Source: a candidate division WOR-3 bacterium (GTDB lineage: Bacteria > Hydrothermota > Hydrothermia > LBFQ01). Taken from it: DNA of 64,000 nucleotides. The position numbers and the translations under genes were made by a program. Positions 1 through 10,084 of this stretch are shown piece by piece. The notes under the pieces are model-generated. The model saw nothing but the letters and a program-made list of their open reading frames with translations. It had not been told where the DNA came from and ran no database searches. Where the stretch lies: NCBI GenBank assembly GCA_027050205.1, contig JALUCS010000093.1, positions 1 to 64,000 on the forward strand. Reading direction: 5' to 3'. How positions within the stretch are numbered: position 1 is the stretch's first letter; every line of letters starts with the position of its first letter.

Positions 1-87
1 TATGACGACAAAGCTGTCTTTGGGTATCTCAACGGTTATGTTCTTCAGGTTGTGCTGTTTCGCTCCCTTGACCACCAACTTTCGCAT
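1..87 (-). CDS. uvrA: Excinuclease ABC subunit A, N-terminal part (runs off window)
   Basis: Manual translation [29 protein letters not shown] matches the UvrA N-terminal GA.xHNLKN motif; TATAAT lies upstream. Confidence 0.9.
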   Translation of the reverse strand, partial: MRKLVVKGAKQHNLKNITVEIPKDSFVVI

Positions 88-117
88 GGAAGCGGGTATT
101 ATACTGGGAAAAAGTGT

Positions 118-333
118 TCAGATCAAGGCTTTGAGGTTCTGCCACTCCTGCGGTTCTATGCCGTAGAGCCTTGGGACGAGGTGGTCTATCTCCTCTTCCA
201 GGCGTTTGACTCCATCAGGGGAGTTGTGGGGAGCGTAGTCGGGGGAACTGACCTCCTCCAGAATCTCGTCCACGGTTTCTACGAGGCGGCGGTGGAGGGG
301 ATGGGAAATTCGCAAGGGAAATTTCCTCCCCAC
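118..333 (-). pseudogene. Relic C-terminus of a type IIG/Eco57I-like restriction-modification enzyme
   Basis: LVETVDEIL...LEEEIDHLVPRLYGIEPQE resembles the terminal 'LVDxIL...LExEIDxLVYxLYGLTPEE' motif of these enzymes; no methylase body upstream. Confidence 0.5.
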
Positions 334-458
334 AGTTTTATTTGGTTAATATTGAACATTATAGCGAAATTACGAACAAAAACGTAATTTTAATCCACGA
401 TTATCCAAGTTCCTCAAGCATCCAATGAAGGAAATGATGATGATTAATTTGATGACGT

Positions 459-481
459 TCAAAAATACTGCATATTTTTGA
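459..481. promoter_or_regulatory. Perfect inverted repeat TCAAAAATA-N5-TATTTTTGA, candidate operator
   Basis: 9-bp arms seen directly in the AT-rich spacer upstream of the FG-GAP gene. Confidence 0.35.
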
Positions 482-575
482 TGTAATTTGAGAATAATCC
501 CTAATCCCTGCTTTTTATATTCTTCACCATTCCACAGATTCCATCATGCGTATTCCAGCTGTATAATTAAACCTT

Positions 576-2081
576 ATGATGTGGATCTTAGCATCACTTC
601 CTACATCGCCCTTGACTGTTGTCAAACCCGCCGTTGAGCGGCGGGCGGAGTTGCCTCCCGACAGTACCATCCGTTTGAACACCCTAACCTTCAGCCGTAC
701 GTACGTTTGCGCTCCACGGGATGACTACCTGTGGATGGTAACGGACCGGTACGACGTAGTTCACGACATAGACGGCAACGGCCTCGTAGATATACCCTTC
801 ACGGCGGCCGACTACGAGAGTGATGGATGGAGCAGCAGTTGGCCCGGTTATACCTACGTAGCTTTCCAGACCTCCCCTGGAAACTTCTCGTGTCAGGCCA
901 TATCCAACCGACACGACACCCCCTACGGTGTATCCGTGGGAGACTTCAATGGGGACAGCAGAATTGATGTCGTATTTGCAACAGCGAGGGACAACGCTGC
1001 CTTTACCTTGAGGAACGACGGGGGCTGGTCCTTCACCGAGCAGAGGATAGGTTCCGGAGGGGGCTTCCCCAACCACTTGGCTGTAAGGAACGTGGATGCC
1101 GGTCCAGGTGCCGAGGTCTTATACACCGATGAGAACGGTTACCTCTACCAGTACTCTTACACCACCAGCTCCCTAACCACCGTCAATACCTCCTGTGCGG
1201 AGGGCTTGGCAGTTGAGGACCTCAACGGAGACAGCCAGCAGGACGTCATCTGTGGTACGGGGAACGCCTACACCAGCGGTCGCATTATCTACCAGATAAG
1301 GACGGGTAGTTCGTGGTCCAGCATACGCTACGTCACCACGACCACGAGGTACTACCACGGGGTCAAGGCCGCTGACATAAACGACGATGGTAGGGTGGAT
1401 GTGGTATCCTGTGTAGGTCCCACCGTCTACGTCTGGTACAACAACGGTGGTACCTACCCGACCTTCACCGAGAGGTCCTATTCAACCGGATCCTCCGCCA
1501 GTGTGGATGCCTGCGAGGTTACCATAGCCGACCTTGACTGCGACGGCGATGGGGACGTAGTTTGGTCCTATTACGGTAGTTCCTCCCCATCCATAGTTAT
1601 ACTTGTAAATGACGGTTCCACCCCTTACCCCAACCTTGTCCCCCAAACGCTTGAGTCCGGCGCCTACAGCGTTTATGGGGTTGCCGTGGGTCTCATAAAT
1701 GACGACCGTAAAGCCGACATCATAGCCGGTCTGAACAACGGTCTCTACATATACTACAACACCTCTCCTGTAATTGACTCCCTCTGCGACCCCTTCGGAG
1801 TAGGGGGCGACGAGCTAACCGTATCCGAGAGGACGGTTGAGCCTATCCCCACCGTCGCCGGCTTCAGGGTTGAGGGACGTACGGCCATACTTGAGCTGAC
1901 GGCACCTTCCAAGGGGATGGATTACGCCCTCTACGAGGTGAGCGGCAGGTTGGTGCGGAAAGGCAAGGCCGAGGGTAAGGAGTTGCGGCTTGAGGTACCG
2001 AGGAGCGGGACGTACTTCCTGAAGGTACGGTACGACCGGGGTCACTTGGACTACTTCTCCAAGGTCTTCGTGGTGAGGTAG
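576..2081 (+). CDS. Secreted FG-GAP/VCBS repeat beta-propeller protein with C-terminal sorting-like domain (copy 1)
   Basis: Repeated D(F/I/L)NGD/DD..D motifs; C-terminus YEVSGRLV...SGTYFLKV resembles a T9SS type A/FlgD-like tail. Confidence 0.8.
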   Translation: MMWILASLPTSPLTVVKPAVERRAELPPDSTIRLNTLTFSRTYVCAPRDDYLWMVTDRYDVVHDIDGNGLVDIPFTAADYESDGWSSSWPGYTYVAFQTSPGNFSCQAISNRHDTPYGVSVGDFNGDSRIDVVFATARDNAAFTLRNDGGWSFTEQRIGSGGGFPNHLAVRNVDAGPGAEVLYTDENGYLYQYSYTTSSLTTVNTSCAEGLAVEDLNGDSQQDVICGTGNAYTSGRIIYQIRTGSSWSSIRYVTTTTRYYHGVKAADINDDGRVDVVSCVGPTVYVWYNNGGTYPTFTERSYSTGSSASVDACEVTIADLDCDGDGDVVWSYYGSSSPSIVILVNDGSTPYPNLVPQTLESGAYSVYGVAVGLINDDRKADIIAGLNNGLYIYYNTSPVIDSLCDPFGVGGDELTVSERTVEPIPTVAGFRVEGRTAILELTAPSKGMDYALYEVSGRLVRKGKAEGKELRLEVPRSGTYFLKVRYDRGHLDYFSKVFVVR

Positions 2082-2128
2082 CAATATGACGCAAAGAAAG
2101 GGATGTTCCGACCGTATAATCAAACCCT

Positions 2129-3622
2129 ATGATAGGGATAGTTGCGATTTTGCCCGTAGCACCGTTGGATATATCCGAACCCGTCGTTGAAAGGCGGGCG
2201 GAGTTGCCTCCCGACAGTACCATCCGTTTGAACACCCTAACCTTCAGTCGCACGTACGTTTGTACCCCACGGAACAACTACCTGTGGATGGTAACGGACC
2301 GGTACGATGTAGTTCACGACATAGACGGCAACGGCCTCGTGGATATACCTTTCACGGCAGCGAACGGCGGTGCACCTTGGCCCGGATACGCGTACGTAGC
2401 CTTCCAGACCTCTCCCGGTAACTTCTCCTGTCAGGCTGTATCCAACCTACACAACACCCCCTACGGTATATCTGTGGGGGACTTCAACGGAGACAGTAGG
2501 CTGGACCTCGTATTCTCAACGGCGAGGGACAACGCCGCCTTCACCTTGAGGAACAACGGGGGCTGGTCCTTCACCGAGCAGAGAATCGGTTCCGGAGGAG
2601 GCTTCCCTAACCATATAGCTATCAGGAACGTAGATGCCGGTCCCGGTGCCGAGGTGCTATATACGGACGAGTACTATCGCCTCTACCAGTACTCCTACAC
2701 GAGCAGCTCCCTGACCACCGTCAATACCTCCTGTAAGGAGGGTCTGGCTGCGGAAGACCTCAACGGAGACAGCCAGCAAGACGTCATCTGCGGTACGGGA
2801 AACGCTTTTTCGGGTGGCCGCATCATCTATCAGATAAGGACGGGTAGCTCGTGGTCCAGCATACGTTCCGTCACATCAACTTCAAGGTACTACCATGGGG
2901 TCAAGGCCGCCGATATAAACGACGACGGTAGGGTGGATGTGGTGTCTTGCGTGGGTCCCACCGTCTTTGTATGGTACAACAACGGTGGTACTTACCCGAC
3001 TTTCACCGAGAGGTCCTATTCCGTTGGTTCTTCTTCTGGCATAAACACCTGCGAGGTCACCATAGCCGACCTTGACTGCGATGGCGATGGGGACATAGTT
3101 TGGTCCCAAGGGTACGGAGGTGGTTCCCCGTCCATTGTAATACTCATAAACGATGGTTCTACACCTTATCCCAACTTTTCAAGGCAACCTTTGGAGTCGG
3201 GATCCTACGTCGTCTACGGCGTGGCCGTTGGGTTGGTCAACAACGACCGTAAGGCTGACATCATAGCCGGTCTGAACAACGCCCTCTACATATATTACAA
3301 CACCTCCCCCATAGACGACTCCCTCTGCGACCCCTTCGGAGTAGGGGGCGACGAGCTAACCGTATCCGAGAGGACGGTTGAGCCTATCCCCACCGTCGCC
3401 GACTTCAGGGTTGAGGGACGTACGGCTATACTTGAGCTGACGGCTCCCTCCAAAGAGATGGATTACGCCCTCTACGAGGTAAGCGGCAGGTTAGTGCGGA
3501 GGGGTAAGGCCGAGGGTAAGGAGCTACGGCTTGAGGTACCGAGGAGCGGGACGTACTTCCTGAAGGTACGGTACGACCGGGGCCACTTGGACTACTTCTC
3601 CAAGGCCTTCGTAGTGAGGTAG
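2129..3622 (+). CDS. Secreted FG-GAP/VCBS repeat protein (copy 2, tandem paralog)
   Basis: Collinear and highly similar to 576..2081, including the upstream TATAAT region. Confidence 0.8.
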   Translation: MIGIVAILPVAPLDISEPVVERRAELPPDSTIRLNTLTFSRTYVCTPRNNYLWMVTDRYDVVHDIDGNGLVDIPFTAANGGAPWPGYAYVAFQTSPGNFSCQAVSNLHNTPYGISVGDFNGDSRLDLVFSTARDNAAFTLRNNGGWSFTEQRIGSGGGFPNHIAIRNVDAGPGAEVLYTDEYYRLYQYSYTSSSLTTVNTSCKEGLAAEDLNGDSQQDVICGTGNAFSGGRIIYQIRTGSSWSSIRSVTSTSRYYHGVKAADINDDGRVDVVSCVGPTVFVWYNNGGTYPTFTERSYSVGSSSGINTCEVTIADLDCDGDGDIVWSQGYGGGSPSIVILINDGSTPYPNFSRQPLESGSYVVYGVAVGLVNNDRKADIIAGLNNALYIYYNTSPIDDSLCDPFGVGGDELTVSERTVEPIPTVADFRVEGRTAILELTAPSKEMDYALYEVSGRLVRRGKAEGKELRLEVPRSGTYFLKVRYDRGHLDYFSKAFVVR

Positions 3623-3667
3623 AGGTCCAAAAAGGCGGAGGGGACGGCTGTATAATACACACCCCAC

Positions 3668-3740
3668 GGGGCGGTAGCTCAGGTGGGAGAGCGCCGGAAT
3701 CGCACTCCGGAGGTCGGGGGTTCGAGTCCCCTCCGCTCCA
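3668..3740 (+). tRNA. tRNA-Ala(CGC)
   Basis: GGGGCGG/CCGCTCC acceptor stem with G3:U70, anticodon arm CCGGA-AT-CGC-AC-TCCGG, GTTCGAG T-loop; CCA not encoded. Confidence 0.95.
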
Positions 3741-3745
3741 TTTAA

Positions 3746-3818
3746 GGGCGGTTAGCTCAGCGGTGAGAGCACCGGTCTTACAAACCGGGGGTCGGAGGTT
3801 CGAATCCTCCACCGCCCA
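3746..3818 (+). tRNA. tRNA-Val(TAC)
   Basis: Anticodon arm CCGGT-CT-TAC-AA-ACCGG, GTTCGAAT T-loop. Confidence 0.95.
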
Positions 3819-3857
3819 CTTTTAAACGGCTCCATTCACGTCCTTAGAATTCCTAAA

Positions 3858-4604
3858 ATGTTCCCTCTGTTTTTGACCATCACCATAAGCGACAGCATAT
3901 ACGTACGGAGGCCGAGTAAGGGACCTTACTATACCCTCCTCGGAGCTTCAGCCCTATCGCTGGCCTTGGGCGGTTCGGGTGTCGTCATCGGATTGACGGC
4001 CAAAGATGAGAGGACGGAGAACTTGGGGACAGCCCTGTTCGTTGCAGGTGGGCTGCTCTTTACCGTCAGCACGACCTTAGCCCGCTTTATGTACGGCGAT
4101 TACGGAGGAGGAACCGTATCCTGTTGCGTAAAGGGTGGGGCCTGCGTCCTATTGACCGGTGCGTCGGTTATGTACGACAGTACCGACGTCTCCCTCCCCG
4201 TCGCTGCTGGCACCGCCCTCTCCTACCTCGCCTGTCTGACATCGTCCATATACGATGCGATGGAGGTCCATAACATCGCCAATATGAAGGTAAAACTGGT
4301 GGAGGTAGTGCGGTACGATACGGTCTCCGATACGGTCTATGACACCGTACGGGTCAAGGAGAGGGATACCGTCGTAGTGGTAAAGGTCGTCAGAAAGGTG
4401 GAAAGACACCGCTACCGGAGACGTATAACAGCCGAAGATAGGGAGAGGGCCAAGAGGGAGTACCGTTTGGGTCTTGAAGCATACGCCAGAGACGACCTCG
4501 TGGAAGCTCTAAGGCACTTTGAGAGGGCGTTGGAGTATGACCCCACGTACGAGAAGGCACGGGAGGCCGTGAGGAGGTTGAGGAGCCGTCTCCAAAAGAA
4601 GTAA
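3858..4604 (+). CDS. Membrane protein with C-terminal TPR
   Basis: Several hydrophobic helices, DTV repeats, TPR motif ALRHFERALEYDP. Confidence 0.7.
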   Translation: MFPLFLTITISDSIYVRRPSKGPYYTLLGASALSLALGGSGVVIGLTAKDERTENLGTALFVAGGLLFTVSTTLARFMYGDYGGGTVSCCVKGGACVLLTGASVMYDSTDVSLPVAAGTALSYLACLTSSIYDAMEVHNIANMKVKLVEVVRYDTVSDTVYDTVRVKERDTVVVVKVVRKVERHRYRRRITAEDRERAKREYRLGLEAYARDDLVEALRHFERALEYDPTYEKAREAVRRLRSRLQKK

Positions 4605-4630
4605 GGTTCGGGGGTAAAATATCCGTAGGT

Positions 4631-5431
4631 ATGAGACGGAATTTAGGGATTGTTTTGATGCTCTTAGCGGCGCTCCCCTCGTGTAGGAAGGAGGGACAAC
4701 CCTCTCCCTCCGAGACCGTTCCCCCACCTTCGGCCCCCAAGGTTGAGGCCAAACCTTGGTACGGCGGGGCGGATCTGGAACTGACTTGGAGACCGGTGGA
4801 GTACGCCGAAGAGTACGTAGTTTACGGTGATGGAAGCCCCCTAATCCGGACCGAGGATACTGCCGTCATCCTCAACGGAGGCGATGGGGTGTATGCCGAA
4901 ATTGAGGTGTGCGCCCAGAACGATGTAGGTAGGGCCTGTAGCACCCTCAACCTGACCCCTTGGGAGGGATCCGTTAGCGATATAGTCTCCCATGACCTGA
5001 CGGGCAACTCCTGGGTGAGGATAGACTTCACCACCCCCTCCATCAACGCCCTCCAGCAGGACGACGTAGACCCCAACGTTATCAACACAGGCTACTTCCT
5101 CCTCTACAACAACTACGGCTACGCCGAAATTAGGGACGCCGGAGCCACTCCCGTAGGCCAGGCTAGGATGGAGATGGCTTTCAGCGACAACATGAGCGGT
5201 TTCCTCGCCCCCGGTCCGGGTAATTACAATACTGTCCAAAACGTAGTCAGCGGTGGTTTCTACTTCTTCTGGGCCGACAACACCTCTGCTGGCTACGGCT
5301 CTATGGACGAGAATGACTACTTCGGCGCCATTAGGGTGGACGACCTCAACAGATCCGGTGGGGGCTACGTGGCCAACTTCACCATATACATCCAGCACAA
5401 TGTGCCGGGCCTCCGATGGATAAAGTTCTGA
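4631..5431 (+). CDS. Putative lipoprotein with Fn3-like N-terminal domain
   Basis: Lipobox-like LLAALPSC; LTWRPVEYAEEYVVY resembles Fn3. Confidence 0.65.
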   Translation: MRRNLGIVLMLLAALPSCRKEGQPSPSETVPPPSAPKVEAKPWYGGADLELTWRPVEYAEEYVVYGDGSPLIRTEDTAVILNGGDGVYAEIEVCAQNDVGRACSTLNLTPWEGSVSDIVSHDLTGNSWVRIDFTTPSINALQQDDVDPNVINTGYFLLYNNYGYAEIRDAGATPVGQARMEMAFSDNMSGFLAPGPGNYNTVQNVVSGGFYFFWADNTSAGYGSMDENDYFGAIRVDDLNRSGGGYVANFTIYIQHNVPGLRWIKF

Positions 5432-7408
5432 TCACCACACCTGCCAGCGCACCTGCACCTTGAAGACCTCCTTCTCGTAGTTGTGATGAAGGCCCTCCGG
5501 GCTGTCCCCCGTAAGCCTCTTGTTTATGGCGAGGTAGATGCCCGTCAAGGGGCGAGGTTCGTAGAGGAGGACGAGGTTCCCCTCAAGGTAGTTCCCTCCC
5601 CACAGGTCGTCCCGCGTGTAGTTCAGGTAGGGCTTTGCGAGGATGCCGTAGGGTAGGGGTATCTCCCCGTAGTACTGTACGGCCTTCAGGTCGTCAAGGA
5701 CCGTCCTGTACGCGTAGGCCACCAGACCGACGTTCACACCGAAGGGGGAGACTTGCACCTCCAGGGAATAGGACCGCATCGGGTGGCCGAGGTAGTTCCC
5801 GAAGCTCACGGAGACAGTCGCCGACTTCCACTCGGAGGCGAAGTAGCCGGAGAGGACCGTTATGTACCTCGCCGTGAAGTCTCTTATGCCGTAAAGGGTG
5901 TCGTAGTGGTAGAGGTGCTTCAGGTAGCCGTAGTAGGTTATCTCGGCCTCCCCGCCGAGGAGGTAGGGGGTCATGAGGAGGAAGTAGTAGGGGTGGCCCC
6001 CGTCCGACAGCACCTCACCCCCTATCTCCCGCCTGTGCTTGTAGGTACCCCCCACCTCAAAGTAGAGGGTCCTCCCGAAGGGCTTGAGGTATCCCTTGTA
6101 CTCCGCCCATACCCCCCGCAGGTTTATGTTGTCAAAGTGGAGGGTCCGGTAGTTGAAGGGGGAGAGGAACCCCCTGCCGGTGCGGTCGTACCAGACGGAG
6201 ATGGAGAGGCCCCTGTCTGTGTACCTGTTGAGGGAGAGGGAGAGGCGGGACGCCCCTACGGGGAAGTTCCGATAGAGGGAGGCGGATAGGTAGGTGTTGA
6301 GGGGGCGGAAGTAGTACCTGCCCCGGCCGCCGAAGACCTGGTAGCCAGCGCTGTCGGTGAGGACGAAGGAGGAGGAGAGGGCCATCTCGTCCGTGGGTCT
6401 CCATGCGAGCTTACCGAAGGCCACGTCCCCGAGGTACAGGTCCCGAAGGGTGTTGACGTAGATGTCGTTCCGCTCGTTGGCGGAGTAGAATTTCACACCG
6501 AAGATGGGCTGTACGAGGTTCCGGGTCCTTATCAGGCGGCTATCCGGGGCGTAGGCTCTACCCCCCGTGAAGTAGGGTCGCTTCTCCGGATAATCCACGG
6601 GGAGGCGGTTGAGCTGGAACTCCTTTATATCCACGTCCACGTCGGAGAAGTCGGGCAGAAGGGTGGCGTCAAGGAGCTCGTTCTGGCCCCTCTTGGCCCT
6701 GAAGGTTATACCGGCTATGGGGAGTACCCTCCGCTTGCGAATGTCCCCGTTCCACGTGGTGTCAGCCTCGCTCTGGAGCCGGAAGGAGGGGATGAGGACG
6801 ACGCTAACCGCCCGCTTTGGCCTGATGTAGTTCCAGTCAAGGACGAGCCGGGCGTCCGACTTCGGGTCCCCGTTGAGGTTGGGGGAGAGCATCTGGACCT
6901 CGGACTTGGCCACTATCTTACGGCTTACGTTGAAACCCCAAGGCTTGCGGGTGTAGTCAAGGGTGGAGAAGGATATACGGAGGAGGACCTCCCACCCCCA
7001 GTCGTAGGTGTGGGCCTCGGCGTAGTTCTCGCCGTCCCAGGCGTAGCGACCCCTGTAGTCTCCAACGGTGCCGAGGGGGTTGACGACCACGCCGTAGTCG
7101 TCGGACACCACCCCCCAACCCCTCGTGTTGAGGCTGACCCTCAGGATGTCCTCCTTACCCTCCATCAGGGATCTGGAGTCCCGCCTCCTGCTGCTCGCGT
7201 TTATGCCCCTCTGGTAGAGACGGGCGTATATCACCAGCTCCTCCGGCGTGTATCCTACCCAGACCAGGGCAGAGTCTTCGGGAGCCGTATCCCTCTCCGG
7301 AAGTACCTCTACGAGGCGGTAGGGCCTTACGCTGTCGGCCTTCGCCTTCAGCTCCTCCGGGCGGGAGATTTTGAGGGGCTTAACGGTGAGGGAGAGGATG
7401 AGCAACAT
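5432..7408 (-). CDS. CBM9-like/DUF5916-type outer membrane protein
   Basis: VNPLG..D, W..GWEVLLRISFSTL and LDATLLPDFSDVDVD...PEKRPYF motifs; GGAGG SD before ATG 7408. Confidence 0.65.
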   Translation of the reverse strand: MLLILSLTVKPLKISRPEELKAKADSVRPYRLVEVLPERDTAPEDSALVWVGYTPEELVIYARLYQRGINASSRRRDSRSLMEGKEDILRVSLNTRGWGVVSDDYGVVVNPLGTVGDYRGRYAWDGENYAEAHTYDWGWEVLLRISFSTLDYTRKPWGFNVSRKIVAKSEVQMLSPNLNGDPKSDARLVLDWNYIRPKRAVSVVLIPSFRLQSEADTTWNGDIRKRRVLPIAGITFRAKRGQNELLDATLLPDFSDVDVDIKEFQLNRLPVDYPEKRPYFTGGRAYAPDSRLIRTRNLVQPIFGVKFYSANERNDIYVNTLRDLYLGDVAFGKLAWRPTDEMALSSSFVLTDSAGYQVFGGRGRYYFRPLNTYLSASLYRNFPVGASRLSLSLNRYTDRGLSISVWYDRTGRGFLSPFNYRTLHFDNINLRGVWAEYKGYLKPFGRTLYFEVGGTYKHRREIGGEVLSDGGHPYYFLLMTPYLLGGEAEITYYGYLKHLYHYDTLYGIRDFTARYITVLSGYFASEWKSATVSVSFGNYLGHPMRSYSLEVQVSPFGVNVGLVAYAYRTVLDDLKAVQYYGEIPLPYGILAKPYLNYTRDDLWGGNYLEGNLVLLYEPRPLTGIYLAINKRLTGDSPEGLHHNYEKEVFKVQVRWQVW

Positions 7409-7602
7409 CTTACGACCTCCTTTGAAAGTAGGGCGATATTCTAAGTGGGACGTCCCCTCCCCCTGTCCGTCGGTTGCAGGGGGGCGCACAACTCGCGGAC
7501 TTTAGGGGATACCGTTCTGCGAACGGAGGAATGGGGAGAGGCCGTCAGTGGAGTGTTCTTTTGAAGGTTGCGGATGAGGTTTTGACAACGTCCGGACGCT
7601 CT

Positions 7603-8223
7603 CTAAGGCCGTTTTAAGAGGTCCGGTAGCCTCAACCTAAGCCCTTCAACGAGCGGAATCTCGTCCTCCCAGTCAAGAATGGCTCCACCCTTGCCCCTCT
7701 CAAACACCATAACCTTCCTCGGCCTCGTAAATATCCATACCACCCTCTCAACTCCGCTATTGAGTAGGTCTTCGCTCTTCTTTAGGACGTACTCCATCTC
7801 ACTCTCAACCTCTGCCCTGACGTTTATCTCAACCACCAGCACGGGCGGTACGTCTATGTAGTTCTCGCTCTCAAGTTTGTCCTTTACGTCCTCGTACCTG
7901 AAGACGGCTACGTCCAAGTTCCTCCATCCTCCCTCTATCAGATAGCCTAACTCCCCCGACATAACCACATAACTATCCCCCAGCACCCTATCCAACCAGG
8001 CCGTTATCTTGGCAACTAACCGCGCATGTAAAACGCTCACACCCATAACCTCCTCCGGTGTTTTTTTGCCTTCAAGGACTTCCCTATAGCCGCGGTAGTG
8101 GATAGGTTTCCCATCAACGACCTCGTAGGTTAGGAGCTTCAGGAGTTTTTCCTTTCGCTCGTCCCTTTTTTCCTTGGCAACCTCCGGCCTCTCTGCTACT
8201 GCTACGCCCATACCAACCCCCAT
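7603..8223 (-). CDS. Uma2 (DUF820)-like PD-(D/E)xK endonuclease, array copy 5 (probable start 8211)
   Basis: YEVVDGKP, H-helix, LDVAV, PVLVVEI, GVERVVWI motifs. Confidence 0.8.
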   Translation of the reverse strand: MGVGMGVAVAERPEVAKEKRDERKEKLLKLLTYEVVDGKPIHYRGYREVLEGKKTPEEVMGVSVLHARLVAKITAWLDRVLGDSYVVMSGELGYLIEGGWRNLDVAVFRYEDVKDKLESENYIDVPPVLVVEINVRAEVESEMEYVLKKSEDLLNSGVERVVWIFTRPRKVMVFERGKGGAILDWEDEIPLVEGLRLRLPDLLKRP

Positions 8224-8224
8224 T

Positions 8225-8842
8225 CTAAGGCCGTTTCAGGAGGTCTGACATTCTAATCCTCACTCCTTCACACACTTCAAACTCCTCATCCCAGTTAAGA
8301 ACCTTCCCCTCCACACCTTTCTCAAGTACGAGTACCTTTCTCGGTTCGGTCAGTATCCATATAACCTTCCTGACTCCGAAATCCAAGAGGTCCTGACTCT
8401 TTCTAAAGATATAACCTGCACTATCCTCAACGTTCGCCTTCACATCCACCTCAACCACTACGATAGGGGGAACGTCGGCATATTTATCCGAAATCCTTAC
8501 GTCCGCTTTTCTGAATACAGCTATATCAAGCGCTCTCCTCGTACCTTTTCCCATCACCACTCCGGCTTCGTTTATGGCTATCAAATAACCCTTGTCCTCC
8601 AAAGGAAAAAGCAGCTTGGCTATCCTGCCGATGAGATACCATTGGAGTGTGCTACTCCCCATAACCTCCTCCGGTTGTTTTTTGCCTTCAAGGACATCCT
8701 TATAGCCTCGGTAGTAGATGGGCTTCCCATCAACCACCTCGTAAGTTAGGAGCTTCAAGAGTTTTTCCTTTCGCTCATCCCTTCCCTTCTCCTTGGCAAC
8801 TTTTGGCCTCTCTACTACTGCCACGCCCATACCAACCTCCAT
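8225..8842 (-). CDS. Uma2-like endonuclease, array copy 4
   Basis: Same N-terminus; LDIAV, PPIVVVEV, FGVRKVIWI. Confidence 0.8.
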   Translation of the reverse strand: MEVGMGVAVVERPKVAKEKGRDERKEKLLKLLTYEVVDGKPIYYRGYKDVLEGKKQPEEVMGSSTLQWYLIGRIAKLLFPLEDKGYLIAINEAGVVMGKGTRRALDIAVFRKADVRISDKYADVPPIVVVEVDVKANVEDSAGYIFRKSQDLLDFGVRKVIWILTEPRKVLVLEKGVEGKVLNWDEEFEVCEGVRIRMSDLLKRP

Positions 8843-8843
8843 T

Positions 8844-9461
8844 CTATGGCTGCTTCAAAAGGTCTTCCAAGTTCAACTTCAGACCCTCTAACAGGTCTAT
8901 ATCCCTGTCCCATCCGACTATCACCCAATCCCTACCCTTCTCCGCTATCAGAACCTTCTCCGAATCCGTGAATATCCAAACCACCTTCTCAACCCCACTC
9001 CTCAACAGATCCTCAACCTTCCCGCTTATGTAGGCCATCTCGTTCTCAACATCGCCGTGCGTATCAACCTCAACTACCAACACGGGCGGTACGTCTATGT
9101 ACCTCCTGCTCCTTAACTTGTCCTTTACATCCTCGTACCTGAAGACGGCGATGTCCAAGTTCCTCCATCCTCCCTCTATCAGATAACCCAACTCCCCGGC
9201 AACCACCCTGTACTTACCGCCCAACCTATCCCTCAAAAACCACACCAACGCACCAACGAGGTCAGCATGAAAAAAACTCGCTCCCATAACTTCCTCCGGT
9301 TGTTTTTTGCCCTCAAGGACATCCCTGTAGCCGCGGTAATAGATGGGCTTTCCATCAACGACCTCGTAGGTTAGGAGTTTCAGCAGTTTTTCTCTCCGTT
9401 CATACCTCTCCTTGGCAGCCTCTGGCTTCTCTGCTAACGCTACACCCATACCAACCTCCAT
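8844..9461 (-). CDS. Uma2-like endonuclease, array copy 3
   Basis: Same N-terminus; LDIAV, PPVLVVEV, SGVEKVVWI. Confidence 0.8.
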   Translation of the reverse strand: MEVGMGVALAEKPEAAKERYERREKLLKLLTYEVVDGKPIYYRGYRDVLEGKKQPEEVMGASFFHADLVGALVWFLRDRLGGKYRVVAGELGYLIEGGWRNLDIAVFRYEDVKDKLRSRRYIDVPPVLVVEVDTHGDVENEMAYISGKVEDLLRSGVEKVVWIFTDSEKVLIAEKGRDWVIVGWDRDIDLLEGLKLNLEDLLKQP

Positions 9462-9462
9462 T

Positions 9463-10083
9463 CTAAGGCCGTTTTAAGAGGTCCGGTAGCCTCAACCTAA
9501 GCCCTTCAACGAGCGGAATCTCGTCCTCCCAGTCAAGAATGGCTCCACCCTTGCCCCTCTCAAACACCATAACCTTCCTCGGCCTCGTAAATATCCATAC
9601 CACCCTCTCAACTCCGCTATTGAGTAGGTCTTCGCTCTTCTTTAGGACGTACTCCATCTCACTCTCAACCTCTGCCCTGACGTTTATCTCAACCACCAAC
9701 ACGGGCGATACGTCTATGTAGTTCTCGCTTTCAAGCTTGTCCTTTACGTCCTCGTACCTGAATACGGCGATGTCCAAGTTCCTCCATCCTCCCTCTATCA
9801 GATAGCCTAACTCCCCACCCGAAACGACGTACTTCCCCTTCAGTTTCTCCCTTAGAAAGGCTCCCAGAAGTATCACCAGCCTGCCATGCAGAAAGCTCGC
9901 ACCCATAACCTCCTCCGGTTGTTTTTTGCCTTCAAGGACGTCCCTGTAGCCGCGGTAATAGATGGGCTTTCCATCAACGACCTCGTAGGTCAGGAGCTTC
10001 AGGAGTTTTTCCTTTCGCTCGTCCCTTTTTTCCTTGGCAACCTCCGGCCTCTCTGCTAACGCTACACCCATACCAACCCCCAT
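9463..10083 (-). CDS. Uma2-like endonuclease, array copy 2
   Basis: Same motifs; 9463..9698 is identical to 7603..7838. Confidence 0.8.
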   Translation of the reverse strand: MGVGMGVALAERPEVAKEKRDERKEKLLKLLTYEVVDGKPIYYRGYRDVLEGKKQPEEVMGASFLHGRLVILLGAFLREKLKGKYVVSGGELGYLIEGGWRNLDIAVFRYEDVKDKLESENYIDVSPVLVVEINVRAEVESEMEYVLKKSEDLLNSGVERVVWIFTRPRKVMVFERGKGGAILDWEDEIPLVEGLRLRLPDLLKRP

Positions 10084-10084
10084 T

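Noticed and set aside
576..3622. Diversity-generating retroelement TR/VR pair in the FG-GAP duplicates
   Set aside because: Differences involve all bases, many are synonymous, there are indels, and no reverse transcriptase is in the window.
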